Shown here piece by piece: positions 48,063-57,778 of a stretch of 64,000 nucleotides of DNA. The stretch covers positions 255,920 through 319,919 of the forward strand of contig JBEKYR010000001.1 in the NCBI GenBank assembly GCA_049510745.1, in the 5' to 3' direction. Every line of letters starts with the position of its first letter. The stretch's first letter is position 1. Origin of the DNA: Verrucomicrobiota bacterium (GTDB lineage Bacteria; Verrucomicrobiota; Verrucomicrobiia; Limisphaerales; Palsa-1400). Below the pieces are notes generated by a model. It did not search any database. It saw nothing but the letters and a program-made list of their open reading frames with translations, and was not told the DNA's origin. Both the position numbers and the translations under genes were made by a program.

Positions 48063-50767
48063 TTTCCTTCCTTCTCAGATTCCGCGATCACGCGGAAGTA
48101 TTCGCCCACAAGATCGCGGTAACGGAGTGGAAATTTGGCTTCAGGTTGAAGGCGAACGCGGCCTGGCGCTTCCGGTGGCGGCAAGCCTGCATCGCTAGCG
48201 TCCCCATCCATGGCAGTGCTGGTTCGGCTGTTGCTCGATCCCGTTTCCCCCTGTCCGCCCGCCTGTTCGCCGGCCAATTGGGCGTTCGGGCCATAAAGGG
48301 CGAGAGATTCGTTGAAAAGGCCGTAGCCGTCACGCCCGTTCTCCCCGTTGCCGGCTCCCAACGCGGAAAGAATCTGCTCGAGCGAATTGCCTAAACCCGG
48401 CTTGCACAATTTGGGTTGAAAGCGCGCGGTCAAACTTTGCCTGCCCGAACCACTCGCGTTACATTCGCCAATCAACTCCCTCATCTTTTCGGCGGCAAGC
48501 TTGGCCAGCGCATGGCCGTTGACCAGGTCAGGGATGTCCAGCGCCTCGGTCGCGCCGGCGAGGTATTTTTCGATTTTTGCGGCCGCGACGTCGGAAAGAA
48601 ATTTATTCACATCTCTGCGCAGCGGATAGTAGTCAGGCTCATTGGGCACTTCGGCCAGCAACTGCGGCAATTGTTCCAGCAAGTCGTGCAGGCCCTCCTG
48701 CACACGCTGCTGCTGGTGCGCCAGTTCCTGCACTTCCATTTGTTCCATGCGCGTCAGGGAATCGGAGGCGTTGTCAAATCGCTCCAACATTTGCGCCAGC
48801 GCGGCTTCTTGCTGGGCCAGCTTGACGAATGCGTCCGCCGCCGCGACCAATCGCGCGACGGCGGCGATTTGCTCGGCGGGCTGGCCGACTTGCTCGCGTT
48901 CGGCTTCGGCCATCGCGTTCAATTGGTCGCTGAGCTTCTTCATCGCTTCCGGGTTGGGCACGCCGCTGCCTAGCGCCTTGGCAAGCTCCGATTTCGCTTC
49001 GGCCAGTTGGGTCAGTTCCGCGGCCAGCGCGGCGTGAAAAGACTCATCCACGTCGAACATCGGCGGTTCCTTCAGCAGCTTCTTGAGCGCCTGTTCATAT
49101 TCGTCAAGCTGTTTGGCCAGCGCGTGGGCCGCGTCGGTGGCGGACGGGTCGGACTGGGCTGCTTTGGAGGCGGCATCACGCGCTCGTTCCGCCAGGCGCC
49201 GGGTCCAGGCGTCGAGTTTGAAGTAGGATTCAAAGAGAGCTTTGCGCGCGGCGGCCTGGCGCAAAATCGCATTGTATTGTTCCTCCGAAATAATTTGCAG
49301 GCGGAACGGACGGCTGAAGACCACGTTCGGACCTTTGGGATAATTGTCGGCTGCCTCAAAATAATAATCGATCACATCGCCGGGCCGCACGCCGAGCCGC
49401 GCAAGGTCGAAGGCAGCGGCGGATTCGACCGATTTGGGACCTCCTTTGAGCGCCAGGCTCATTTTGAAAGGACGCTCGATGGAACGATTCAGCCCGCGCA
49501 GCCACACCACGCGCGTCACGCCGTAATCATCGGTCGCCTGCACGCGCACGGGAACACGGGTGGACGGCGTCGCCACGGCATCCTTGCCCGGCTCCACGAC
49601 AAATAAATGCGGCGGGCGATCGGGCAGAATATTCAAGCGCCCGCGCTTTGGTTCGGCGCAACTGAGGCCGCTGACGTCACGAATCGAAAGATTAAACGCC
49701 ACCGCCTCCGTCAGGTTGAAACCGCCGGCCACAACCGTCGGTTCTTTGTCCGGTTGAAGGTTGACCTCGACCTGTTTTCCACCGAGGACAGGAGTCAGCT
49801 CCAGGACGCCGGATTTCAGGGGCCGATTGCTCGTGACACGGAAATTGACGCGCGTGTCTTCGGGCAGCGCCTGGGCCTCCTCGGCCAGTTTGCCGGTATG
49901 GGCAGGTTTGCCGGTGTAGTCGGGAAAAATCATGGTGGCTTCGACCTGCGTTATCTGAGGAGTGAACTGAATTTGCACTGGGAAGCGCCGGCTGCGCGCC
50001 TGGCCGTCGGTCACATAATACTGGGCCGGTTCGCGGAGACTGGCCAGAGTTTGGAAGAAGGATTTATCCGGCGCAAGAAACATGATGGCGCGCGTTTCGC
50101 CGGCGCTGGTCTTTGTCACGAGCCAAAGTTTGTCCGCCGGACGGCCGCTGGCCGTGGCGTGAATTTCGACTTGGCCTCCGAAGAGCACGGAGGCCGCTCC
50201 AGGAGTCACCGTGATTTTCAAGCGGCTGAAAGGCGGATGATCGCCGCGCGCGTCGAGGAAACGGGGCAGGACGGCTTGAAGCAAATCATTTTCCGCCAGG
50301 AACAAAGCCGCCCAAGCCAGCGCGACGCACGCCAGCAGCAACCCGGCACGCCGGACGCCACCACCCTCCATTGATCCGACCGACACTTTTGCGGCTGATT
50401 GCCGGCCCAATTCAACGGCTTCGCGACGCAGGAATTCCTGCACGGCGCTTGCGCCGGTCTTGTGCGCAAGATCGACCGCGTTGGTCAAACGGTTGCCGAG
50501 GGAAGGGTCGGTGCATTCCAGAAGCCAGGCCAGGAATGGATCTGAGAACCGGCGCCAGAAAAAAATGACAGCGCCCAGCACAGCCAGGGCGGTCACAAGC
50601 AGGAGCCAGGGCGCGGCCACGCGGCATGGTGCCGGCAAATCGAGCGCCGCGTCCGTGATGACCGCCCCAAGCGAGAGCAACGCCAGCGCCGCCAGCAGGA
50701 CAAGCCCCGTGCGCAAAGCCAGCCATCTGGCCAGCCGCGAACGGATATGGCCAAGCACGCTTGTCAC
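48059..50767 (-). CDS. Membrane protein with Ig-like and coiled-coil regions (DUF4175-like)
   Basis: GTG start overlaps the upstream TGA; ATDDYGV; YRDLVGEYFR. Confidence 0.78.
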   Translation of the reverse strand: MTSVLGHIRSRLARWLALRTGLVLLAALALLSLGAVITDAALDLPAPCRVAAPWLLLVTALAVLGAVIFFWRRFSDPFLAWLLECTDPSLGNRLTNAVDLAHKTGASAVQEFLRREAVELGRQSAAKVSVGSMEGGGVRRAGLLLACVALAWAALFLAENDLLQAVLPRFLDARGDHPPFSRLKITVTPGAASVLFGGQVEIHATASGRPADKLWLVTKTSAGETRAIMFLAPDKSFFQTLASLREPAQYYVTDGQARSRRFPVQIQFTPQITQVEATMIFPDYTGKPAHTGKLAEEAQALPEDTRVNFRVTSNRPLKSGVLELTPVLGGKQVEVNLQPDKEPTVVAGGFNLTEAVAFNLSIRDVSGLSCAEPKRGRLNILPDRPPHLFVVEPGKDAVATPSTRVPVRVQATDDYGVTRVVWLRGLNRSIERPFKMSLALKGGPKSVESAAAFDLARLGVRPGDVIDYYFEAADNYPKGPNVVFSRPFRLQIISEEQYNAILRQAAARKALFESYFKLDAWTRRLAERARDAASKAAQSDPSATDAAHALAKQLDEYEQALKKLLKEPPMFDVDESFHAALAAELTQLAEAKSELAKALGSGVPNPEAMKKLSDQLNAMAEAEREQVGQPAEQIAAVARLVAAADAFVKLAQQEAALAQMLERFDNASDSLTRMEQMEVQELAHQQQRVQEGLHDLLEQLPQLLAEVPNEPDYYPLRRDVNKFLSDVAAAKIEKYLAGATEALDIPDLVNGHALAKLAAEKMRELIGECNASGSGRQSLTARFQPKLCKPGLGNSLEQILSALGAGNGENGRDGYGLFNESLALYGPNAQLAGEQAGGQGETGSSNSRTSTAMDGDASDAGLPPPEAPGRVRLQPEAKFPLRYRDLVGEYFRVIAESEKEGK

Positions 50768-52935
50768 AGCAACCCTTCCTGCCGGCGCCACCACCACTCG
50801 GTGCCGAGCAAAACCAACAGGGCTGTGAGCGTCCACCATCGGTCCCACAGAGGCCGCTGGCGATGCAACAATTCACGCCGCGCTTCCCAATGTTTGACAA
50901 CATCGGCCATCCGCGGAACGTCCGAACCTCCGAGGACCGCCCCGCCGGAGACTTCCGCCAGCTTGCGCATCGTTTCAGGGTCGGCGCTCAACTCGCGGTT
51001 TTCGACCGAGGCGCTTACCACTTCGATGCTCTGCGTCAGTTCCGGAGGGTTTCCGACGTTGTTTGTCAGCGACACACGGTAGGTTCCAGGGGGAAATGGA
51101 CCGGCTTGGGCGACGAACGATTCGCCACGCGGGCGGGGTTCGACCTCGGTGGATTTGCCGCCGCCGGAAATGATCAAGCGCGGTTGGTAAACAGCGCGAT
51201 CCAGGTGGCGCGTAGAAATGAGGAATTGCATGGGCTGTTCGCTCGTATAGTAACGGCGCGCGCTGGAAAGAGCCACGTCGGAGCCTGGCAGGAACTGGCT
51301 GCCGCCCAAAAGCCATTGCAGGAGGGAGACCCAAAAGCGCTCATAAGCGGCCTCGCTCTCCTCCTGGCCCGTTTCGCGGAAGGCCCACCGCCAAAGACCG
51401 CCGGCATTGAGGCTCAGGGTCTTGCCCTGGCCGTAACGCTGGTAGGCCAGCAGCACGGGACCATCCTGCTCCGCCGAGCCGGCCAAAACAATGGCCAGCG
51501 GTTTTTCACCGAGCGTGATGGCGGCTTGGTCCAGCGCCGGAAGGCGGTCGAGCAATTCTTCCACGGTGCCCGCCGCGCCCAAGTCAAATATAGGATTATC
51601 CCGTCCCGCCTCGGTCGGGCGGAGCTTGACGGAGGAGGAAACACCGCTGCCCCAGGCGACCGGCTCGAACTTGGCCAGCGCGGGGAAACGCCCGCCATAG
51701 GACTTGCCGCGGGCGAACACCAGGCTGCCTCCTTTTTTGGAGACGAAATCCGTCAACAGGCCCTCGGTGTTATTGTCGAAAAACGCGTCGGCGTCGCGGC
51801 CCAGGACGATGACATCAAAACTGTCCATGTCGTCGGCTGTGCGCGGAAAAAGGTCCGATTCCAGGCGCGCTTCCCCGCCGGGGGCGGAAAGGACGGCGAC
51901 ATAGCGCTGGGCGTTGAGGCGATACACAGCGGTCAGATCGACTTTTGGGTTGCGCTTGAGGCATTGCACCAGAAACTTGGTGTCCCAGGAGGGCTGGCCT
52001 TCGGCCACCAGCACGCGCACCTTCTTGCCGACGGAGCGGAGGAAAATCGCGCGTTCATTATTGGCGGTGTCCGATTCCTCCGGCTGCGGTGGCACTCGAA
52101 AAACGTAGCGTTGTTCGCCCTGTTCCGGCGCAATGACACGCCTGGAGAAACGGGCCGCGCCGTTGGTATCGGGCGTGACTTCTTTGGAATCGATGACTTT
52201 GTCGTCCTTGAGGAGATCCACTTTGAAACTGCGGTTGGGATAGCCAGCCTGGTGCAACGTCGCTGTCAATTCGACTTCCGCGCCGCTAAAGGCGAGCGCT
52301 TCGGCGGAGGCGGTCTCGATCCACAAATCGTGGCGCGAAACCGGCCCGCCAAGTGTCCAGGTCCAGAGCGGAACGGAACGGGCCAAAGCCAGTTCCGCCG
52401 CGTCCAAGGCGCCGGGAGAAGTGGCCTGGCCGTCGGACGCCAGCAGAACACCCGCCTGCGCCTGGGCATCGCCCAATTCAGACACCACACTCATGAGAGC
52501 GCGGCCGAGATCAGTCGCGTCACCGCGCGCCTCCGTGTCCGACAGCCGGGACAACTCGGCCGGTTGCGCTTCCCGGTCGAACCGGCGGACATCCAGCTCG
52601 AAATCCTTGCTCAACGCGGCCAGGGTGGAAGCATTGGTGACGACCCGCAAGGCGGCGCCAAGGCGTGAATCGCCGGCGGCGGCGTCATGGGTGGCCATGC
52701 TGGCGGAAGTGTCAAACAGAATGACGAGTTTGGGCTTGCCTGTCTTTTCGCGCGGGAGCAACGCCTGGGGATTGAGCATGATCCAGAGCAATCCGCCGAG
52801 GATCAGCGCCCGCAACGCCACCGTGCTGCCGCCTTGTTTCTCGCGCCGCCATCGGAACGCCGCCAAAGCGAACAGGCATAACGCGATGACCGCAATCCAG
52901 CGCCCGTTCCATGGAGGCAGGCAAAGCCAGTTCAT
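50764..52935 (-). CDS. vWA plus glutamine-amidotransferase-like membrane protein
   Basis: DTSASM MIDAS, LASDG, YGQGK, EWWWRR. Confidence 0.85.
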   Translation of the reverse strand: MNWLCLPPWNGRWIAVIALCLFALAAFRWRREKQGGSTVALRALILGGLLWIMLNPQALLPREKTGKPKLVILFDTSASMATHDAAAGDSRLGAALRVVTNASTLAALSKDFELDVRRFDREAQPAELSRLSDTEARGDATDLGRALMSVVSELGDAQAQAGVLLASDGQATSPGALDAAELALARSVPLWTWTLGGPVSRHDLWIETASAEALAFSGAEVELTATLHQAGYPNRSFKVDLLKDDKVIDSKEVTPDTNGAARFSRRVIAPEQGEQRYVFRVPPQPEESDTANNERAIFLRSVGKKVRVLVAEGQPSWDTKFLVQCLKRNPKVDLTAVYRLNAQRYVAVLSAPGGEARLESDLFPRTADDMDSFDVIVLGRDADAFFDNNTEGLLTDFVSKKGGSLVFARGKSYGGRFPALAKFEPVAWGSGVSSSVKLRPTEAGRDNPIFDLGAAGTVEELLDRLPALDQAAITLGEKPLAIVLAGSAEQDGPVLLAYQRYGQGKTLSLNAGGLWRWAFRETGQEESEAAYERFWVSLLQWLLGGSQFLPGSDVALSSARRYYTSEQPMQFLISTRHLDRAVYQPRLIISGGGKSTEVEPRPRGESFVAQAGPFPPGTYRVSLTNNVGNPPELTQSIEVVSASVENRELSADPETMRKLAEVSGGAVLGGSDVPRMADVVKHWEARRELLHRQRPLWDRWWTLTALLVLLGTEWWWRRQEGLL

Positions 52936-55025
52936 CGCACGGCCTCCAGATTTCTTTCCCGCGCGGCCATTTTACCCGGAAGGCTCCCGCGCGAAGTTCG
53001 AAGCGGCCGACGCCAAAACGCCAGCAAGAGCATCTCCAAACCCAGCAACGCCGCCGCCGCGCCGGCCAGCAGAGGCCAGAGTTGGCGCGTTTTGCCGGCG
53101 AGCAATAAATCCTCCTCGTCCTGCGCGACCGTGACGGTGGAGCGGCCGCCCGCCTTGAGGCTTTCCAAGGCAATCGGCCGGGTGTCGCTCTCGCGCGGGT
53201 CAACGTTGACGATGCCGTAAGAAACAATCGTTTCGCCTTGTTTGATCGGATAAGCGCCTGGTAGTTGCGCACTGGGCAACGCCAGACGCGTCGTGCGGCC
53301 GCTGGCCATGACCTGGGCCGCAAAAGGATGGCCTTGCGGATCGGTTACGGTCACAGCGGTTTCGCCTGCGGACGCGACATTGAGCACCCAGGCCGAACCG
53401 GGAGTGACAGCCTGTTCATCCGAGGCGCGTCGGAGTTTGCGCAGCAATTCATGAATCATGGCCGGGAACATCGGACTGCCAATGAAATCACTGCCGTCCG
53501 GCGTAAATGGAAGATTGGCGAAGACGGCGGATCCCTGTCCCATGGCGCCAAGCGTCAACGCGGGAGAGCCGTCGGGATAGGAAAGCAGCACTTCGTCGCG
53601 ACGGCTCTCCACCAGTTCAACCTGATAATGCCGGCGAAAACGCAACGCGCCGAGGTCCTCAGCCTCGGTGTCGGCAAAGAGTTTCGCGTGGCCGGCCGCC
53701 ACAGCATCGCCCGTCTCTGAATTAACCGTGTGCCGTAGATGAAACGGCGGATCAAGCGCGGGCGAGGCCAGATCCGGCGCGGTCGGCCCGTCCAGAAACA
53801 CCATCAGATGCGCGCCTTCCTTGACTCGACGGGCCATAATGTCGAGGGCTTCCTGGCTTGGAAGAGCGGGGGCCACCAGCACAAACACGTCCGATGTTTC
53901 CAAAACGCCGCGATCCGCGTCCTGAGTGCGTCGCCGGATCAGCGTGAGACCCGGCGCGGCTTCGGGCGATGGAACCAAGGCGCGGCTGATGTAAAAAGCG
54001 GCGCTTTGCGGGTCGGATTCATCGGCGTCGCTGACCAAAAGAATGCGCAGGGCCTGGCTGACGTGAACCAGCAGCCAACGGGTGTTGTCCTCGATCAGAT
54101 CGTCCGGTTCGAGCGAAAGCTTGGCGGCGAAGGAGCCTGGATGCGGGACGGAGATGTTGAAAGCGGCCTCGGTGGTGCCAAAGGCCGGGACCTTCACGCG
54201 GGTTTCGCGGGTGAATTCCCCCAATTCGAGCCGGACGGTTTCTTCGCGGGGGCGCGGCGTGCAATTGAGAATGGCGCCTGTGATTTCAAGCGGTTCGCCC
54301 ATGACCGGTTCGGATGGCGAGAGATGGGCGGCGGTGATGGCCACGTTGTCAACCGCTTGTTGCGTCACGGGACGGAGGCGGCAAACCACACCGCCCGGCA
54401 ATTCGGGGACGCCCTGCCAGTTGGACTTTTGGAAATCGCTGAAAACGTAAATCGTGCCCGCGCCGCCAAGCATTTTGGCGGCCAAAGCCAGCGCGGCGCC
54501 GGGATCGCCGTTTTCATAAGTCGCCTGTGTTTTGACCAATTCTTCGTGCAGCGCGGGGATGTTGCGCGAAAGGGCCGGCAGAAGCGGACGCGGCGTGGCG
54601 CCTTCGAGAATAACAGCGGCCTCGGAACCGGAATCCAGCCCGCGCAAAATGTCAGCCGCTTCGGCCTGAGCGCGGGCGAAAAGAGGCACACCTTGCTGAA
54701 CCGCGCGCATTGACAGGGAAGCGTCAATGATAAGCACGACGCGTTTGGCGGCCTCGGCACCGAGCGCCGCCCCCGCGGGCTTGAGAAAGGGACGGGAAAA
54801 CAGGAGCACCAATGCCAGAACGGCCAGACAGCGAATAGCCAGCAACAGGATGGTGCGCAGGCGATGAACAGACTGCTGGCCAGCGCAGGCCTCCAGCAGG
54901 AACTGAAAGGGCGGGAAGGCAATGCGGCGAGGCCGGGCGCGCGTCAGGAAGTGGATCAGCACCGGCAACCCAACCGCCGCCAGCCCGGCCAGCATCCAGG
55001 GATTTGCAAAAGCAGGCCAGTTCAT
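52932..55025 (-). CDS. BatA-domain/vWA protein
   Basis: FANPWML...PVLIHFL, IIDASLSM, FSDFQ. Confidence 0.88.
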   Translation of the reverse strand: MNWPAFANPWMLAGLAAVGLPVLIHFLTRARPRRIAFPPFQFLLEACAGQQSVHRLRTILLLAIRCLAVLALVLLFSRPFLKPAGAALGAEAAKRVVLIIDASLSMRAVQQGVPLFARAQAEAADILRGLDSGSEAAVILEGATPRPLLPALSRNIPALHEELVKTQATYENGDPGAALALAAKMLGGAGTIYVFSDFQKSNWQGVPELPGGVVCRLRPVTQQAVDNVAITAAHLSPSEPVMGEPLEITGAILNCTPRPREETVRLELGEFTRETRVKVPAFGTTEAAFNISVPHPGSFAAKLSLEPDDLIEDNTRWLLVHVSQALRILLVSDADESDPQSAAFYISRALVPSPEAAPGLTLIRRRTQDADRGVLETSDVFVLVAPALPSQEALDIMARRVKEGAHLMVFLDGPTAPDLASPALDPPFHLRHTVNSETGDAVAAGHAKLFADTEAEDLGALRFRRHYQVELVESRRDEVLLSYPDGSPALTLGAMGQGSAVFANLPFTPDGSDFIGSPMFPAMIHELLRKLRRASDEQAVTPGSAWVLNVASAGETAVTVTDPQGHPFAAQVMASGRTTRLALPSAQLPGAYPIKQGETIVSYGIVNVDPRESDTRPIALESLKAGGRSTVTVAQDEEDLLLAGKTRQLWPLLAGAAAALLGLEMLLLAFWRRPLRTSRGSLPGKMAARERNLEAVR

Positions 55026-55927
55026 CGTGTATTCTCGCGGGCCAAAAAGCAGTTCCGCAGAAAGCGGCAGGGATTATCGGACGTTCTCGCCAGATACCAA
55101 TCACTGCCGCGCGCCTGACAGTTGGACTTCATTTCGGTCAGAAAGCGGTCGAAACGACGTCGATAAAGCGACCGGACGACGTCAGGTTCGGCATTGAACC
55201 AGCCCGATCCCTCCGTCTCGAGAAACCGCGCCGAAACCACCTCCGGCAATTCCAGTTCCTCCGGATGCACAATTTGAAACAGCATCACGTCAAAGCGGGA
55301 GCGCCGGAAAAGATCGACGGCTTTCCAGAAGGCAGCGTCGGCGTCCAGGAAATCGCTAAAAACCGCCAGCACACCACGGCGTTTGATGCGGGCAAACACC
55401 TGCTGGAGGCAGGCCCCCAAATCCGTTCGGCCCTGGGCACGGGCGCGCTCCAGGTTGTCCAATACGCGATTCATCTGCGCCCAGGAAGCGGCGGCCGGCA
55501 GATGGCTGTGCAATTGGTCGTCAGCCAGAGAAAGCCCCACTTCATCCCCCTCGCGCAGGACGAGGTAGCCCATGGCGGCGGCCAGGCGTGCGGCGTGTTC
55601 AAGTTTGGAATGAGTGGTAATGGTGGCTCCGGAGAATTCCATCGAACCGCTTTTGTCCACGACCAGATAAGTGAGCAAATTGCGCTCGGCGTCATAGAGG
55701 CGCACATAGTGGCGATCGGTGCGGGCGAAGACTTTCCAGTCCACCAGCCGGATGTCATCACCCGGAGAATACTCGCGGTAATCAGCAAATTCAACCGCCG
55801 TTCCTCGGAAGTGGGATTTGTGGGGGCCGGCGAAAGTGCCCTCGGCCGCCCCCCGGGGTGTCAAACGAACCTGGCCCAGCGCTTCCATCGCCGCGATGTC
55901 CAGGAAGCGATGTCGCAAAGTCGGCAC
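55022..55927 (-). CDS. DUF58 protein
   Basis: EFADYREYSPGDDIRLVDWK, DKSGSM, SDF. Confidence 0.93.
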   Translation of the reverse strand: MPTLRHRFLDIAAMEALGQVRLTPRGAAEGTFAGPHKSHFRGTAVEFADYREYSPGDDIRLVDWKVFARTDRHYVRLYDAERNLLTYLVVDKSGSMEFSGATITTHSKLEHAARLAAAMGYLVLREGDEVGLSLADDQLHSHLPAAASWAQMNRVLDNLERARAQGRTDLGACLQQVFARIKRRGVLAVFSDFLDADAAFWKAVDLFRRSRFDVMLFQIVHPEELELPEVVSARFLETEGSGWFNAEPDVVRSLYRRRFDRFLTEMKSNCQARGSDWYLARTSDNPCRFLRNCFLARENTR

Positions 55928-55932
55928 AAGCT

Positions 55933-56949
55933 TCAGCGCGCGGCGGCGGGTTCGCGGACGGTTTCGAGCAAATGTCTGACAATCGCGTCGGACTCGATGC
56001 CTTCTCCCAGCGCGTTGTAGTTGGGGATAATCCGGTGGCGCAGGACGGGGCCGGCCATGCGCTGCAGGTCGCTGTTCTCCGGTGAGGGACGCCCATCAAG
56101 AAGCGCGCTGGCCTTGGCGGCGGTGACCAGGTGTTGCGTCGCGCGCGGCCCCGCCCCCCAGGCCACGTAGCGCCGCACGTAATCATCCGCCTCACCGGTC
56201 TTGGGCCGGCTCGCGGTGGTGAGCGCGACGGCGTGTTCGAGCACTGGGCGCGAAACGGGCATTTGGTCCACAATCTCAATGAACTTGCGAAAGTCCTCCT
56301 TTTTTGCCAGCGGCGCCAGGCCGCTGGATTGCGCCCGAATCGAACGACCGGCAATTTCCACTTCGTCGGCGCGCGCGGGATAATCAACGTGGATGCTGAA
56401 CATGAAGCGATCCAATTGCGCTTCCGGGAGCGGATAAGTGCCCTCCTGCTCAATCGGGTTTTGCGTCGCCACGACGATGAACGGCGGTTCCAAGCGGTAA
56501 GTCTTGCCGTTGACGGTGACGGCCAATTCCTGCATCGCCTCCAGCAGCGCGGCTTGGGTTTTGGGCGGCGTCCGGTTGATTTCGTCTGCCAGAATCAGAT
56601 TGGCGAAAACCGGCCCGCGATGGAACACAAGATCGCGGCGGCGTCCCGATTCGTCGCTCTGCAAGATCTCGGTGCCGGTGATATCGGCGGGCATGAGGTC
56701 CGGGGTGAATTGTATGCGGCGGAAATCCCATCCGAGCAAATCGGCCAGCGCCTTAACCATCATGGTCTTGGCCAATCCGGGGACGCCAATGACCAGCATG
56801 TGGCCGCCGGAGAGAAGGCCAGTCAGAAGCAGGCGGACGACTTCCTGTTGGCCGATGAGCACACCGGCCATTTGTTTTTGGAGGGCTTGGCAACATTCAC
56901 GCAGGCGGGCCACGTCCGCTCCAGCGTCTTTGATTTCGTTCGGGTTCAT
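55933..56949 (-). CDS. moxR: MoxR family AAA+ ATPase
   Basis: GVPGLAKT, RIQFTPDLMPADI, DEINRTPPKTQ, TQNPIEQEGTYPLPEAQLDRF. Confidence 0.95.
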   Translation of the reverse strand: MNPNEIKDAGADVARLRECCQALQKQMAGVLIGQQEVVRLLLTGLLSGGHMLVIGVPGLAKTMMVKALADLLGWDFRRIQFTPDLMPADITGTEILQSDESGRRRDLVFHRGPVFANLILADEINRTPPKTQAALLEAMQELAVTVNGKTYRLEPPFIVVATQNPIEQEGTYPLPEAQLDRFMFSIHVDYPARADEVEIAGRSIRAQSSGLAPLAKKEDFRKFIEIVDQMPVSRPVLEHAVALTTASRPKTGEADDYVRRYVAWGAGPRATQHLVTAAKASALLDGRPSPENSDLQRMAGPVLRHRIIPNYNALGEGIESDAIVRHLLETVREPAAAR

Positions 56950-57122
56950 ACCTCGTCTTGGGATACAGTTCTAACAAACCTTGTAGTCCCTTTGTCGGCC
57001 ACTGTCAATGATAGTCCGCGCGTGCGAATAGGGAAATTCAGATTCCCAGAACTATGCAGGCAATGCCGACATGATCGTTCCATCGCTCAATCAACGGGCG
57101 CCTCAGCAGGACCAGAAGGCCG

Positions 57123-57662
57123 TTAAAAGTCGCCCATCCGCTTGACGTTTGCCGGGCCAACTTCGAGGAACTTTTCAATTCCCTTCCGAAAAAGGGCAGT
57201 GGGCTGACGCTGACCGGTCTCCCAGCCCCAAAGGGTTTTGACGCTGACCCCCAGTTCTCTGGCGCATTCCTTCCGGTTTTTCCTCAATTCAATGCGTCGT
57301 TTTGTGATTCCTTGCCCAAGCGTCAACGGGCCTATCCGTGCTAAAATGGCAACGAATGGGGTTTCGTTGCCTTTGGGGCCTCCGAGCGTCGGATTGGTGA
57401 ACGGATCGCACCCTAAAAACTTCACCAAACGGGGTTGATTGGCCCACGTCGGATAGACCTTGTCCCTCTCCCACAAGCTTAGGGTCAGTTGGCTAACTCT
57501 CAGCCGCCGAGCAGCTTCCGACTGGCGGATTCCTAAACTGAAACGTTGCTTTCTCAGGTGTTCTCCGATAGTCTTGGGCTGCTTTGAAACAGGAAAACTG
57601 CGAGTCCAGACGGGGGAAATGTCCTGCCTTTCCACGTTCACAGTCCTTTCACAAAAAGGCAA
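57123..57662 (-). CDS. Double XRE-HTH protein abutting the attR-like junction
   Basis: Two HTH motifs (QSEAARRLRVSQLTLSLWE; ECARELGVSVKTLWGWE); nearest start inside the island is TTG 57662. Confidence 0.75.
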   Translation of the reverse strand: MPFCERTVNVERQDISPVWTRSFPVSKQPKTIGEHLRKQRFSLGIRQSEAARRLRVSQLTLSLWERDKVYPTWANQPRLVKFLGCDPFTNPTLGGPKGNETPFVAILARIGPLTLGQGITKRRIELRKNRKECARELGVSVKTLWGWETGQRQPTALFRKGIEKFLEVGPANVKRMGDF

Positions 57663-57670
57663 CGTCGCGC

Positions 57671-57745
57671 ACGCCGGACGGCAAAATTCCTGGCGAATCG
57701 CGCAGTTCGCCGCGCGAAATCCAGTACCGCCAGTTGTGGACGTGA
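57671..57745 (+). pseudogene. comM: comM 3' remnant from codon 352; attR-like junction; two internal deletions
   Basis: TPDGKIPGESRSSPREIQ|YR|QLWT* matches 25985-26038 and the comM C-terminus. Confidence 0.9.
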
Positions 57746-57778
57746 TGGGCGACGACGTGATATGGTGTCGAAAATTAG

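Larger units (their letters stand above)
40598..57673. mobile_element. ~17-kb integrated island in a comM copy at codon Thr352; no recombinase gene seen
   Basis: Contiguous comM halves at both ends share the ACG core. Confidence 0.75.
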
